This document shows, in pieces, positions 9,479-17,962 of a stretch of 64,000 bases of DNA. The position numbers were made by a program, and so were the translations under genes. This DNA is from a virus. The notes below the pieces were generated by a model. The model worked only from the letters and a program-made list of their open reading frames with translations. It searched no databases and was not told where the DNA came from. How positions within the stretch are numbered: position 1 is the first letter of the stretch; every line of letters begins with the position of its first letter. The DNA is taken from positions 74,551 through 138,550 of the IMG/VR virus record IMGVR_UViG_3300048014_000353; one strand, given 5' to 3'.

Positions 9479-9946
9479 ATGCCGCGCTACTCCATCGGCT
9501 TCACCCAGGCGACCGCGCCTTCGACGCTGGCCCCCTGGGCGGTTCTTCGTGCGCCCGCCGGCGGCCGCGTCCTGCGTGTCCGGCAAATCCAAGTCGTGAC
9601 CGCCGCCGCGACGGTCGCCCAGGTCGGTATCGCCTGGGCCGGGGCAACCGTCACCCCGGTCGTCTCGAGCAGTCAGTCTCCGCCGCCGCGCGACCCGCGC
9701 GACGTCGCTGCGACCGCGCTCCTCGACGTGGCGTGGGGCACTGCGCCGCAGCTTCCTTCGGTCCCCGTGTACCTGAAGGAAGCGCTCATCGGCGGCGTAC
9801 AGGGCAACGGCGCGACGTTCCCCTTCGACGAGCCTCTCATTGTGGTGCCGAGCGCGCTGCCGAACGCGACGGGGATGCTGGGCATCTGGAACATGGGCGG
9901 CGGCAACGGGCCCAGCCTGCTCATCAACGTCGACTACGACGAGTGA
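9479..9946 (+). CDS. Hypothetical beta-rich virion protein
   Basis: GAGGA RBS, high-GC3 codon pattern, neck region. Confidence 0.5.
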   Translation: MPRYSIGFTQATAPSTLAPWAVLRAPAGGRVLRVRQIQVVTAAATVAQVGIAWAGATVTPVVSSSQSPPPRDPRDVAATALLDVAWGTAPQLPSVPVYLKEALIGGVQGNGATFPFDEPLIVVPSALPNATGMLGIWNMGGGNGPSLLINVDYDE

Positions 9947-9966
9947 TCTGAAGAGGAACGACGCCC

Positions 9967-11079
9967 ATGATGCTCGGCGACAGCACGTTCCTGACGCCGG
10001 GGCACGTGGAGGGGGCGGAGGCGTCGGCGCTCCACGCGCCCCCGCCGCCCCCCGTCCTCACGTCGCTGGATCTCGGCGCGGACGTCGTCCCCTTCGAGGG
10101 GGTGGCCGAGATCTGGGGGTCGGTCTCGATCCCCACCCAGCCCGCGATCGCCGGGCAGGTGAGCGGCGACGGTCTCCTCAGCATCTACCTCTCGTACCTG
10201 AAGGCGTTCCTCCAGACGGACGGCAACGCGACGGGGGGATGGAGCGCGATCGCGCCCGGTCGCCCCATCGTCAACCGGGTGCGTCCTCACAACCCAAACG
10301 ACTCCGACGCCGAGCCCGACGGCCTGGGATTCGACACCAAGGACCTCCCGGCGCTCTACCTGTGGCGCGGCGGGCAGCACGAGAGCACCAAGGTCGAGTA
10401 CATCGCGGAGGACTGGCAGATCGGCACCGCGATGCTGAAGCTCCTCTGGGTCTTCCCCCTGGGAGTCATCTCGCACCAGCGCGTGCGGCAGTCGTTCGGC
10501 GACGCCGTCGCCAAGGCCATCATCACGGCGATCGAGCTCGGTCGGACGCCGAGTTGGCAGTGGCCCGGGGACCCCGATCCGCTGGCGCCGGCGTTCGGGT
10601 CGTTCGTGCACACGTTCACCAACGTGTTCTCGCTGAACGTCACCGAGTGGAAGCCGGAGTCGGTGGACATCATCATGACCGCCGACGACAAGAGCTCTCG
10701 GCGACTTCGCTACCCGGCGATCGAGGTGACTCTCGAGCTCGTCGAGAACCGCCAGCGCGACGTGCGGCGCTGGAGCGCCCCGTCCGCGCTTCAGCAGACG
10801 TTGACCGGCGGTCGCCCTTCGCTTCCCGCGTGGGCTCCGGGCCAGGTCTACGCGTCGAACGACTTCATCCAGGCGACGCCCGTCGGGTCGAGCACGCCGT
10901 TCGCCTACAAGGCGTACTCGCTCTCGGGAATGGGCGTCACCGGCAACCAGTCCCCCGCGTGGCCGACGGTCGTGGGGGCGACGGTCGCCGACGGCGCGAG
11001 CCTGACCTGGACGTGCAAGGGCGCGGTGCCGCCGTCGGTCATCAGCCGAGTGGGCGAGGGGGGCGTGGCCATCCAATGA
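9967..11079 (+). CDS. Probable tail terminator/completion protein with C-terminal CBM-like module
   Basis: Position before sheath; LPALYLWR motif; C-terminal AW.PG..Y...G.TG...P.WPT.VG.TV.DG...WTC module. Confidence 0.6.
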   Translation: MMLGDSTFLTPGHVEGAEASALHAPPPPPVLTSLDLGADVVPFEGVAEIWGSVSIPTQPAIAGQVSGDGLLSIYLSYLKAFLQTDGNATGGWSAIAPGRPIVNRVRPHNPNDSDAEPDGLGFDTKDLPALYLWRGGQHESTKVEYIAEDWQIGTAMLKLLWVFPLGVISHQRVRQSFGDAVAKAIITAIELGRTPSWQWPGDPDPLAPAFGSFVHTFTNVFSLNVTEWKPESVDIIMTADDKSSRRLRYPAIEVTLELVENRQRDVRRWSAPSALQQTLTGGRPSLPAWAPGQVYASNDFIQATPVGSSTPFAYKAYSLSGMGVTGNQSPAWPTVVGATVADGASLTWTCKGAVPPSVISRVGEGGVAIQ

Positions 11080-11345
11080 TGCACGAGGAAGCCTCCATCT
11101 CCCCGGCCGAGCTCCTGCGCGAGATGCGCGCCTGGTTCCCGCGAATCGAGCGCGGCGCGGCGGTCGACTTGGTGCTGAAGCACGACGAGCTCGGCTTCAC
11201 GCTCTCGGCCGCGCGCGCCGACAACGGCCGCCCCGTGCACGCGAAGACCTTCACCCCCGCGTCGATCGCGGCGTTCCCCCGCCGCCCCTGCGACCACGCA
11301 CGCGACTTCCTGCGCGAGTGCCTCGTCCGCCGGGGGGCCGCATGA
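11076..11345 (+). CDS. Hypothetical protein (MMHEEASISPAELLRE...)
   Basis: ATGA overlaps at both ends (translational coupling). Confidence 0.55.
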   Translation: MMHEEASISPAELLREMRAWFPRIERGAAVDLVLKHDELGFTLSAARADNGRPVHAKTFTPASIAAFPRRPCDHARDFLRECLVRRGAA

Positions 11346-11443
11346 CGTCCATCGATCGGGACCTCGCGCGCTGGACCATGGCGACCATCGCCTTCGGCAC
11401 CGCGTTCTTCGCGTCGGCCGCGTGGCTCTGGCTCACGCAGTAG
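11342..11443 (+). CDS. 33-aa single-TM peptide
   Basis: MTSIDRDLARWTMATIAFGTAFFASAAWLWLTQ; ATGA-coupled. Confidence 0.4.
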   Translation: MTSIDRDLARWTMATIAFGTAFFASAAWLWLTQ

Positions 11444-11600
11444 CGCGCCCGCCCGCCGGTCTTTAGGCCGCGCGCCCGCCCGCGCCTTTCTCGCCGCCGT
11501 CTCGCCGCGGGCGAGAGGCGCGCCTTTCCACTCACGACCTCAGGAGCAGCTGCCCGCCGCGCGAACGCGCGCGCGCGTTGGCCGCGGAGACACGACGCCC

Positions 11601-12311
11601 ATGCCGAAGCTTCCCACGCTCGCCGTGTATGCCAACCCGTGGCACGGCCCGCTCGATCACAACCACCGTGCGTGCTCGGCCGTCCCCTGGGACCCGAGCG
11701 ACAACCCGCAGCGCGTGCACGTGGGCGCCGCTCACCGCATGGTCGGCTCCGGCGAGCAGGCAGAGATCTACTTCGAGTACTCCCAGTACGAGGGGACCGA
11801 CGGCGTCGCGCTGACGCTCCGCAAGGGTCACGAGGGCATCACCCTCCCGGCGACCCGCTACTTCCTCGAAGCCATCCGCAACGGCTCGCTCTGGCCGGCG
11901 GACGAGAAGACCCACAAGCTCGCCTTCGGCAACCTCGCGCACTACCGCCCCGTCGCGGACCGCGCGAAGGAAGCGCCGGGCCACGCGCTCGCCGGTCATA
12001 AGTACCGCACGGGCGAGGACGCCGAGCCCTCGCCGCGCCCCGCCGTGGGTGAAGGGGGCCTCGGTCCGCAGCACGCGCACCGCCTCCTCTCCAGCGTGAA
12101 CACCGTGCACGCCGCGGCGCAGGAGGAGCTCCGCCTCGCCCTCGCCGAGAGCGCCAAGAAGCAGACCGACGAGGTCGAGAAGACGCGCCTCGTGCTCGCC
12201 GACGAGCGCGCGAAGCACGACGCGGCCGATGCCGCGCCGGCGCCGACGCGCATCGCGCTCACGGCCGACGCCCACCCCGATGACACCGCGCACGAAGGAG
12301 GTCACCAGTGA
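11601..12311 (+). CDS. Hypothetical protein upstream of sheath
   Basis: GGAGA RBS; GTGA-coupled to sheath. Confidence 0.55.
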   Translation: MPKLPTLAVYANPWHGPLDHNHRACSAVPWDPSDNPQRVHVGAAHRMVGSGEQAEIYFEYSQYEGTDGVALTLRKGHEGITLPATRYFLEAIRNGSLWPADEKTHKLAFGNLAHYRPVADRAKEAPGHALAGHKYRTGEDAEPSPRPAVGEGGLGPQHAHRLLSSVNTVHAAAQEELRLALAESAKKQTDEVEKTRLVLADERAKHDAADAAPAPTRIALTADAHPDDTAHEGGHQ

Positions 12312-14008
12312 GCCCCCAATTCGTCATCGCTGGCTTCCCCAGCACCGACTTCACCCCTGGCGCGTACGGCAAGGTCTCCTACGGGGGCGGCGCCACCAGC
12401 GCGGCCAGCATCCCGCTGAAGCTCCTGGTCGTCGGCATGAAGGCCTCGAACACGAGCGGCACCTCCGTGCAGGACTCGGAAGTCGACCAGGTCTTCACCG
12501 TCTCGCAGGCCGACACCCTCTACGGCATGGGCGGGCAGATCACCCGCGCCTGCCAGGCCGCGCTCCAGACCCAGGGCGTCAGCGTCTACGGCGCCCCGTG
12601 CGCCGTCCCCGCGAGCCCGACCCAGGCCTCGATCCAGTTCTCCATCGTTGCCGCGCAGACCATCGCCGGCACGCTGACCGTGCGCCTTGGCGGCCTGTCG
12701 GTGCAGTGCGGCGTCGGCTCATCGGACACGGCGACCACCATCGCGACGAACCTCGCGGCCGCCATCAACTCGGTCCTCCGAATGCCGTTCACGGCCACGT
12801 CGTCGGCCGGCATCGTCACCGCGACCTGCATCACGCCCGGCGCCGACGGCAACGCCTACTTGGGCGCGGTGGACGTCACGCAGTGCGCGGGCGTCACCTG
12901 CTCGATGACCGGCACGGTCCGCGCGAACACGACCGCGTACCTCCTCAACGCGCTCGTCTCGCCGGCCACGGCCAACGGGTACTACTACCAGGTCACGACC
13001 GCAGGCACGACCGGCGCAACCGTCCCCACGTTCCCGACGACGATCGGCACGACGGTCAGCGACGGGTCTGCCGTCCTCACGTGCGTCGGCAAGGTCCTCA
13101 CCGGAGGCATCGTGACGGCGTTCGGCGGCGCGGGCGTCGAGAGCGTCGCGAACGTCCTGGCCGTCATCCAGAACCAGCAGTTCGACCGCATCGCGCTCTG
13201 CCAGAACGACGCGACGAACCTGGGGCTCTGGCACACGCAGGTCGATGCGCAGGCCGGCCCGCTCTCCATCATCCTGCAGCACGTCGTGTGCGCGACCAAC
13301 GGCACGCTGGCGACGGCGACCTCCCTCGCGCAGACCACGCTCAACGACCAGCGCTTTCAGGTCATGTGGTACCTGAACGGTGAGACGCACTACTCCGAGA
13401 TGGCGGCGACCTTTGCCGCGATCCGGACGTCGTACGAGCAGACCGATCCGGACCACGCGTACGACAACATGGTCCTGCCGGGCGTCGCCCCGCAGTCCCA
13501 GCGTCCCGACTGGCCCATCCACGCGACGCTCGTGTCGGCGCTCAACAACGGCGTCACCCCCATCGGCACGACCCCGTCGAGCCAGGCGTACGTCGTCCGC
13601 AGCATCACGAGCCACTCGCTCAACGGCACGACGCCCGACTACTCGTGCCTCGACACGTCCGAGTCCGTGGTCGCCGACTACTGCCTGGTCTCGCTGCTCC
13701 TCTACTGGACCAACGTGTTCCTGCCGAGCAACCCGCGCTGCGGCCCGGACCTTCCGGCCAACCAGCCGGCGTACCCGTCGGGGGTCGGCTACCCGACGCT
13801 CTGGAGCAAGGTCGCGACGGCCGTGCTCATCGACTTCGAGAACGGCAGCGTGGGTGGCGCGACCATCCCGCCCATTCTCTACAACGTCGAGGCGAACCCG
13901 GTCGTGTCCTCCTGGGACCCGGTGGCTCAGCGCATCATGAGCGCGGTCACCGTGCATCCGATGCCGAATCAGCATCAAATCGGAGTATCGGTGAGCCAAA
14001 GCCCTTGA
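12308..14008 (+). CDS. Contractile tail sheath protein with inserted CBM-like module
   Basis: F.....PG.Y, LLVVGMK, A..LYG.G, A.NLAAAIN...P.TA, AL.NGVTP, VVRSIT motifs of Mu gpL-type sheaths. Confidence 0.88.
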   Translation: MSPQFVIAGFPSTDFTPGAYGKVSYGGGATSAASIPLKLLVVGMKASNTSGTSVQDSEVDQVFTVSQADTLYGMGGQITRACQAALQTQGVSVYGAPCAVPASPTQASIQFSIVAAQTIAGTLTVRLGGLSVQCGVGSSDTATTIATNLAAAINSVLRMPFTATSSAGIVTATCITPGADGNAYLGAVDVTQCAGVTCSMTGTVRANTTAYLLNALVSPATANGYYYQVTTAGTTGATVPTFPTTIGTTVSDGSAVLTCVGKVLTGGIVTAFGGAGVESVANVLAVIQNQQFDRIALCQNDATNLGLWHTQVDAQAGPLSIILQHVVCATNGTLATATSLAQTTLNDQRFQVMWYLNGETHYSEMAATFAAIRTSYEQTDPDHAYDNMVLPGVAPQSQRPDWPIHATLVSALNNGVTPIGTTPSSQAYVVRSITSHSLNGTTPDYSCLDTSESVVADYCLVSLLLYWTNVFLPSNPRCGPDLPANQPAYPSGVGYPTLWSKVATAVLIDFENGSVGGATIPPILYNVEANPVVSSWDPVAQRIMSAVTVHPMPNQHQIGVSVSQSP

Positions 14009-14174
14009 GTTACGAGTAGTTAGCGCCGCCTCGGCGGCGCTCCTCGCTTTCCCAATCGCGCGGTCCTGAGCCCCTTGCGTCGCCGTCTACGGCGCGAGGG
14101 CGCTCGGGGGTGCGCGCCCACGTCTCCGTCTCTCAGCCCGCGCAGCTCTCGCGCGTCGGCTTCCGCGAGGAACC

Positions 14175-14549
14175 ATGGCGAACATCAAGGTCAAAGCCGC
14201 ATCGATCTTCATCAACAGCAAGAAGGCCGGCACGCTCGAGGGAACGGACTACGAGTACAACTCGGGCGACGAGCCGGTGTTCGGCGACCCGGGCTACGTG
14301 ACGTCGTCCGACGGCGCCATCACGACGCGCGTGACCGCGACCGGCTTCAACCCCGTCCCCGGAAGCGGACTTCTGCTCTTCCAGGCGATGAACAACAAGC
14401 AGGACGTGGACGTGTCGCTCTTCCCCATCGACGGGGGTGTGCACACGATCACCATGCGGCCGCTGACGGGCAAGGCGCAGTCGAGTCACAAGACCGGCAT
14501 GCAGTCGAGCAATTACACGTTCATCGGGGGCCAGCCGAAAATTTCTTAG
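14175..14549 (+). CDS. Tail tube protein, copy 1
   Basis: Follows sheath; MANIKVKAASIFINSKK..LEGT.Y...SGDEPV; paralog of 15433 ORF. Confidence 0.75.
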   Translation: MANIKVKAASIFINSKKAGTLEGTDYEYNSGDEPVFGDPGYVTSSDGAITTRVTATGFNPVPGSGLLLFQAMNNKQDVDVSLFPIDGGVHTITMRPLTGKAQSSHKTGMQSSNYTFIGGQPKIS

Positions 14550-15376
14550 TGACTCGAAAGCTTGGCGCCACGGTATCGGCTGCCACCGGGTGGAAGTATC
14601 GGCGTTGTGATCGCTTCTTCCGGCGTCATTCCGCGAAAAAGGCGGTTGCGGAGCACGTTGGTCGTGGTACCAAGATGCTTCGCCCATTCGGCGAGAGTCA
14701 TCAACTCGCCGTTGACGTCGATCTTGCCGAGCTTCCGTCTCACCGGAATCGTCACGGCATCTTCCTCTGACCAGCCGGTTCGCAGACGTGCCGACACGGT
14801 GATGCGGTCTGTAACGAGTTCATCCGCCCATCCGGCGAGATGTCTCCGCTCACTGTTGACCGTAACGAATCGGTTGTTCGAGCGATTGCGACCCTGCTGC
14901 TTCGGGCTGGCCCAGCAGCAATTCGTTTGAAGGATGCCGCGCGATACGCAGTCGTCGCAGTGGCCGCACGCGTAATTGCCGTCATTGTCGATTCGCTCCA
15001 GCCAGAGTCCTGGATGCGGCTTGATGCCGATATCGAAAGCGAAGTTCTCATAGCCCCACGGCCGTTGCCATCTTGCGCAGACGGAGATGCCTCGAGCCCC
15101 ATACCGTTTGTAGAACGGATGCTCCGGCCGGAAGCAGCGGTCGAGCATTGCTTCCCACGCTTTGTGGGTCGCCCTCCGAAGCGGGTCGAGCTTCTCCACT
15201 CCGCGGTCTGGCAAAGGAGTCGTGTCGCACCAGTAGCAGGCGACCGGAATCGGTGCGCCACCAGGCGTGCAGAAGACCAGAAGCTCGCGGCCACAATCGC
15301 AGCGTGCCAGCCGTGTGTTGCGAATCGAGGAACCGGTCAGGATTTGGAGCATGGGGCCGACGGGCGTAAAGGCCAT
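14546..15376 (-). CDS. Free-standing HNH-type homing endonuclease
   Basis: CDCG; W.AM..RC......YKRYGARGI.VC.RW....F..D.G..P......ERIDNDGNY...NC.WA...QQ.RN; opposite strand, visibly lower GC. Confidence 0.85.
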   Translation of the reverse strand: MAFTPVGPMLQILTGSSIRNTRLARCDCGRELLVFCTPGGAPIPVACYWCDTTPLPDRGVEKLDPLRRATHKAWEAMLDRCFRPEHPFYKRYGARGISVCARWQRPWGYENFAFDIGIKPHPGLWLERIDNDGNYACGHCDDCVSRGILQTNCCWASPKQQGRNRSNNRFVTVNSERRHLAGWADELVTDRITVSARLRTGWSEEDAVTIPVRRKLGKIDVNGELMTLAEWAKHLGTTTNVLRNRLFRGMTPEEAITTPILPPGGSRYRGAKLSSH

Positions 15377-15432
15377 CGGTCCACTCTGGCAGAGCGGTCG
15401 AGTACCGCAATCGGTAAACGGAAGGAGCGGCC

Positions 15433-15858
15433 ATGGCGAACGTCAAGGTCAAGGCCGCCTCCATCTTCCTGAACGGGAAGAAGGTCGGCAACCTGCAAGG
15501 CACCGAGTACGTCGTCGAGAGCGGCGACGAGCCCGTCCTCGACTGGTCCGGCTGGGCCGGCACCACCGACGGCGTCACGACCACGCGCGTGACCGCCTCG
15601 GGGTTCAACCCCGTGCCCGGCGGCGACGTGGACATCTTCGCGCAGATCCTCGCGCACTCCGACATCGACGTCGCGATCTTCCCGATCGACGGCGGCATTC
15701 ACGTCGTGACGATGCGCGCCCTCAACGGCACGGCGTCGTCCAATCACAAATCCGGCTCCCAGGCCTCCAAGTACGTGCTGGTCGGCGGCGCTCCCAAAGT
15801 GCTCGGCCGCCGCAACTCGGCGGGCGCGAGCAACGGCATCTCCAGCAACGGCTCCTGA
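15433..15858 (+). CDS. Tail tube protein, copy 2 (C-terminally extended)
   Basis: AAGGAG RBS; MANVKVKAASIFLNGKK..LQGT.Y...SGDEPV...TTRVTA.GFNPVPG. Confidence 0.75.
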   Translation: MANVKVKAASIFLNGKKVGNLQGTEYVVESGDEPVLDWSGWAGTTDGVTTTRVTASGFNPVPGGDVDIFAQILAHSDIDVAIFPIDGGIHVVTMRALNGTASSNHKSGSQASKYVLVGGAPKVLGRRNSAGASNGISSNGS

Positions 15859-15885
15859 CGCTTCCCCTCCCGCGATAGGACACGG

Positions 15886-16557
15886 ATGAAGTTCGCCATC
15901 GCCCTTCAGGGCAAACGGGCGGAGCGCAAGCTCTCGTTCCCCGTGCCGTCGAACGACGGCACGATGAAGCCACTTGCGTGCGTGTGCGTCCCGCTCACGT
16001 CCACGGAGGAATCCGAAGCGCTCGAGTACGCGATGGCGTTCTCGCGGCGCAAGGGGGTCGAGGCGCCCAAGGTCACCGACCCGCTCTACGACCTCGGGTA
16101 CATGGCGAAGATCGTGTCGATCGCCGTGCGGGATCCGGACGCCGGCGTCCCGGGCGAGCGGCCGCCGACCTTCTCGGACGTCGAGGAGGTCCACTCGCTC
16201 ACGCGCGAGACGGTGACCTACCTCTACACCATCGTGTCCGCGTGGTGCGACGAGTGCTCGCCGCTCCGCCGCACCCTTTCCGACAGCGCGATCTACGCAG
16301 GAATGCGTGCGCTGGCGAGCGAAGGGGATGACGGTGCGCGTTTTTTCGATGGGTTGGGGCCCGCTTTGCAGCGCAACTTCATGCGTATTTTGGCGCGCCA
16401 GCTTCTCAGCTTTCTCGAGCCCAAATCGCCGCCTGGCACGCCGCCAGCGAGCTCGGACACGAAGAGCCCCGCTACGTCGTCGCCCTCACGGCCGCCCAAT
16501 ACAGCGCGTTCAAAGAGCGTGCGTCGGGTGACGCCGAAGGCGACGCGCAAAAGCTGA
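15886..16557 (+). CDS. Tail assembly chaperone (G-like), copy 1
   Basis: Between tube and tape measure; slippery T-TTT-TTC at 16341-16347; low-complexity C-terminus after the site. Confidence 0.7.
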   Translation: MKFAIALQGKRAERKLSFPVPSNDGTMKPLACVCVPLTSTEESEALEYAMAFSRRKGVEAPKVTDPLYDLGYMAKIVSIAVRDPDAGVPGERPPTFSDVEEVHSLTRETVTYLYTIVSAWCDECSPLRRTLSDSAIYAGMRALASEGDDGARFFDGLGPALQRNFMRILARQLLSFLEPKSPPGTPPASSDTKSPATSSPSRPPNTARSKSVRRVTPKATRKS

Positions 16558-16622
16558 AGGACGCGATCGCCGCCCGCGACGCTGACAACGAGATCCCTCT
16601 CGACCGAAGACCCAAACCATGA
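16341..16622 (+). CDS. -1 frameshift extension (GT-like product) of the chaperone
   Basis: -1 frame from the slippery site reads FFRWVGARFAAQLHAYFGAPASQLSRAQIAAW...RRPKP and ends in an ATGA overlap with the next gene. Confidence 0.75.
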   Translation, partial: FFRWVGARFAAQLHAYFGAPASQLSRAQIAAWHAASELGHEEPRYVVALTAAQYSAFKERASGDAEGDAQKLKDAIAARDADNEIPLDRRPKP

Positions 16623-17263
16623 GCGCATTCACCAAGGTCACCGTCCGCAAGCCGGCCCGGACCCTCGTGATCCCGGTGACGATGTTCGCCGACGATTGGT
16701 ACGGCAGGCCCACAGCGTCGATCGCTGTGGGCCTTCGTCTTTTGTCCGAGCACGATCTGGAGGTCGCGACCGCCTGCGCCCACCGCTTCGTCGCGGACAT
16801 GCAGGATCCGGAGCGGCCGGAGAACCGGCTCTACGAGGAGGTCTTCGGTGCGCGCCTCGCCGCCGAGGCGGTCGCCCGCGCCATCTGCGACCCGAACGAC
16901 GTGTCGATGAGCCACTCGGTGTTCCCCGCGAGCGAGGACACCATCCCGACCGCGCTCACGCCGAAAGGCATCGAGCACGTGTGGGCCGCCCTCGAGCGGA
17001 TGCACATCGAGCTCAACCCCGCGCTCCTGCCCATCCGGGACCCGGGCGTGCGGCTGCTGCGCGCGCACCTGCGCGCCGGCTCGCTGGATCGATTGGGAGA
17101 GGCGGGACTCGGCATCCGCAAGCTCCTCACCGTCGTGCTCGAGAAGTTCGTCGAAGCGGCCCCCACGGTCACCGCGGCGGACGTGGACGACGAGGACGCG
17201 GAAGACAGCGGAGAGCCGCTCTCGACCTACGCCGTGACGCTGCATGCAGGAGTGGCTCAGTGA
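16619..17263 (+). CDS. Tail assembly chaperone-like protein, copy 2
   Basis: Motif order parallels the 15886 ORF (LY......A.A..DP.D; LT...I..............P). Confidence 0.55.
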   Translation: MSAFTKVTVRKPARTLVIPVTMFADDWYGRPTASIAVGLRLLSEHDLEVATACAHRFVADMQDPERPENRLYEEVFGARLAAEAVARAICDPNDVSMSHSVFPASEDTIPTALTPKGIEHVWAALERMHIELNPALLPIRDPGVRLLRAHLRAGSLDRLGEAGLGIRKLLTVVLEKFVEAAPTVTAADVDDEDAEDSGEPLSTYAVTLHAGVAQ

Positions 17264-17454
17264 GCGACGCGAACGACTACGAAGAGCGCTTCCCGTACGG
17301 CCTGTATTCGCGGCCGGCGGCGCACGTGGCGGACCGCGCGCCGTTGGATAGGGAGGCCTTCGACCTCTGGCGCCAGGTGGCCGAGAACGGAGGGCTCGTG
17401 CTCTACACGCTCGCTGACGGCGAGGTCGTCGTCTACGCGCAGGAGAGCCGATGA
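17260..17454 (+). CDS. Hypothetical 64-aa protein
   Basis: GTGA/ATGA-coupled; MSDANDYEERFPYGLYSRP... Confidence 0.5.
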   Translation: MSDANDYEERFPYGLYSRPAAHVADRAPLDREAFDLWRQVAENGGLVLYTLADGEVVVYAQESR

Positions 17455-17579
17455 GCCGCGCACGCAAGGCGTGGCGCTGGCTGGCGCTCTGGGTGCTCGG
17501 CCCCGCGTGCCTTCGGCAGCGGGAGCGCTGGGCCCCGAGTCTGCACCGTACGCTGTACGCGGGGCGTGACCGCGCGTGA
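17451..17579 (+). CDS. Hypothetical 42-aa basic peptide
   Basis: Overlap-coupled at both ends. Confidence 0.35.
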   Translation: MSRARKAWRWLALWVLGPACLRQRERWAPSLHRTLYAGRDRA

Positions 17580-17962
17580 GTACGACCGCTCGCATCTTGG
17601 TGGCGGGCGTCCCCTCCGGCGGCAAGACGACCTTCGCGCGGAAGCTCGCGGCGCTCTCCCACGTACCCGTGCGCGCGACCGACGACCTCATCGATCTGGG
17701 ATGGTCGGAGGCCAGTGAGCGCGTCGCGCAGTGGATGACCGAGCCGGGGCCGTGGATCATCGAAGGCGTCGCCGTCGGGCGCGCGCTTCGCAAGTGGTTC
17801 AGTGCCCACCCGACCGGGCGCCCCGCCGACCGCGTGTTCTGGCTGGGGCGTCCCCACGAGAAGCTGACCGATGGCCAGTGCCGAATGGCACGCGGTTGCG
17901 AAACCGTTTTCAAGGAATGCACGCCGGAGCTCCTCGTGCGGGGGGTGCCGATCCTCTACTAA
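17576..17962 (+). CDS. Small P-loop NTPase/nucleotide kinase-like protein
   Basis: ILVAGVPSGGKTT Walker A; WIIEG; adenylate-kinase-like size. Confidence 0.75.
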   Translation: MSTTARILVAGVPSGGKTTFARKLAALSHVPVRATDDLIDLGWSEASERVAQWMTEPGPWIIEGVAVGRALRKWFSAHPTGRPADRVFWLGRPHEKLTDGQCRMARGCETVFKECTPELLVRGVPILY

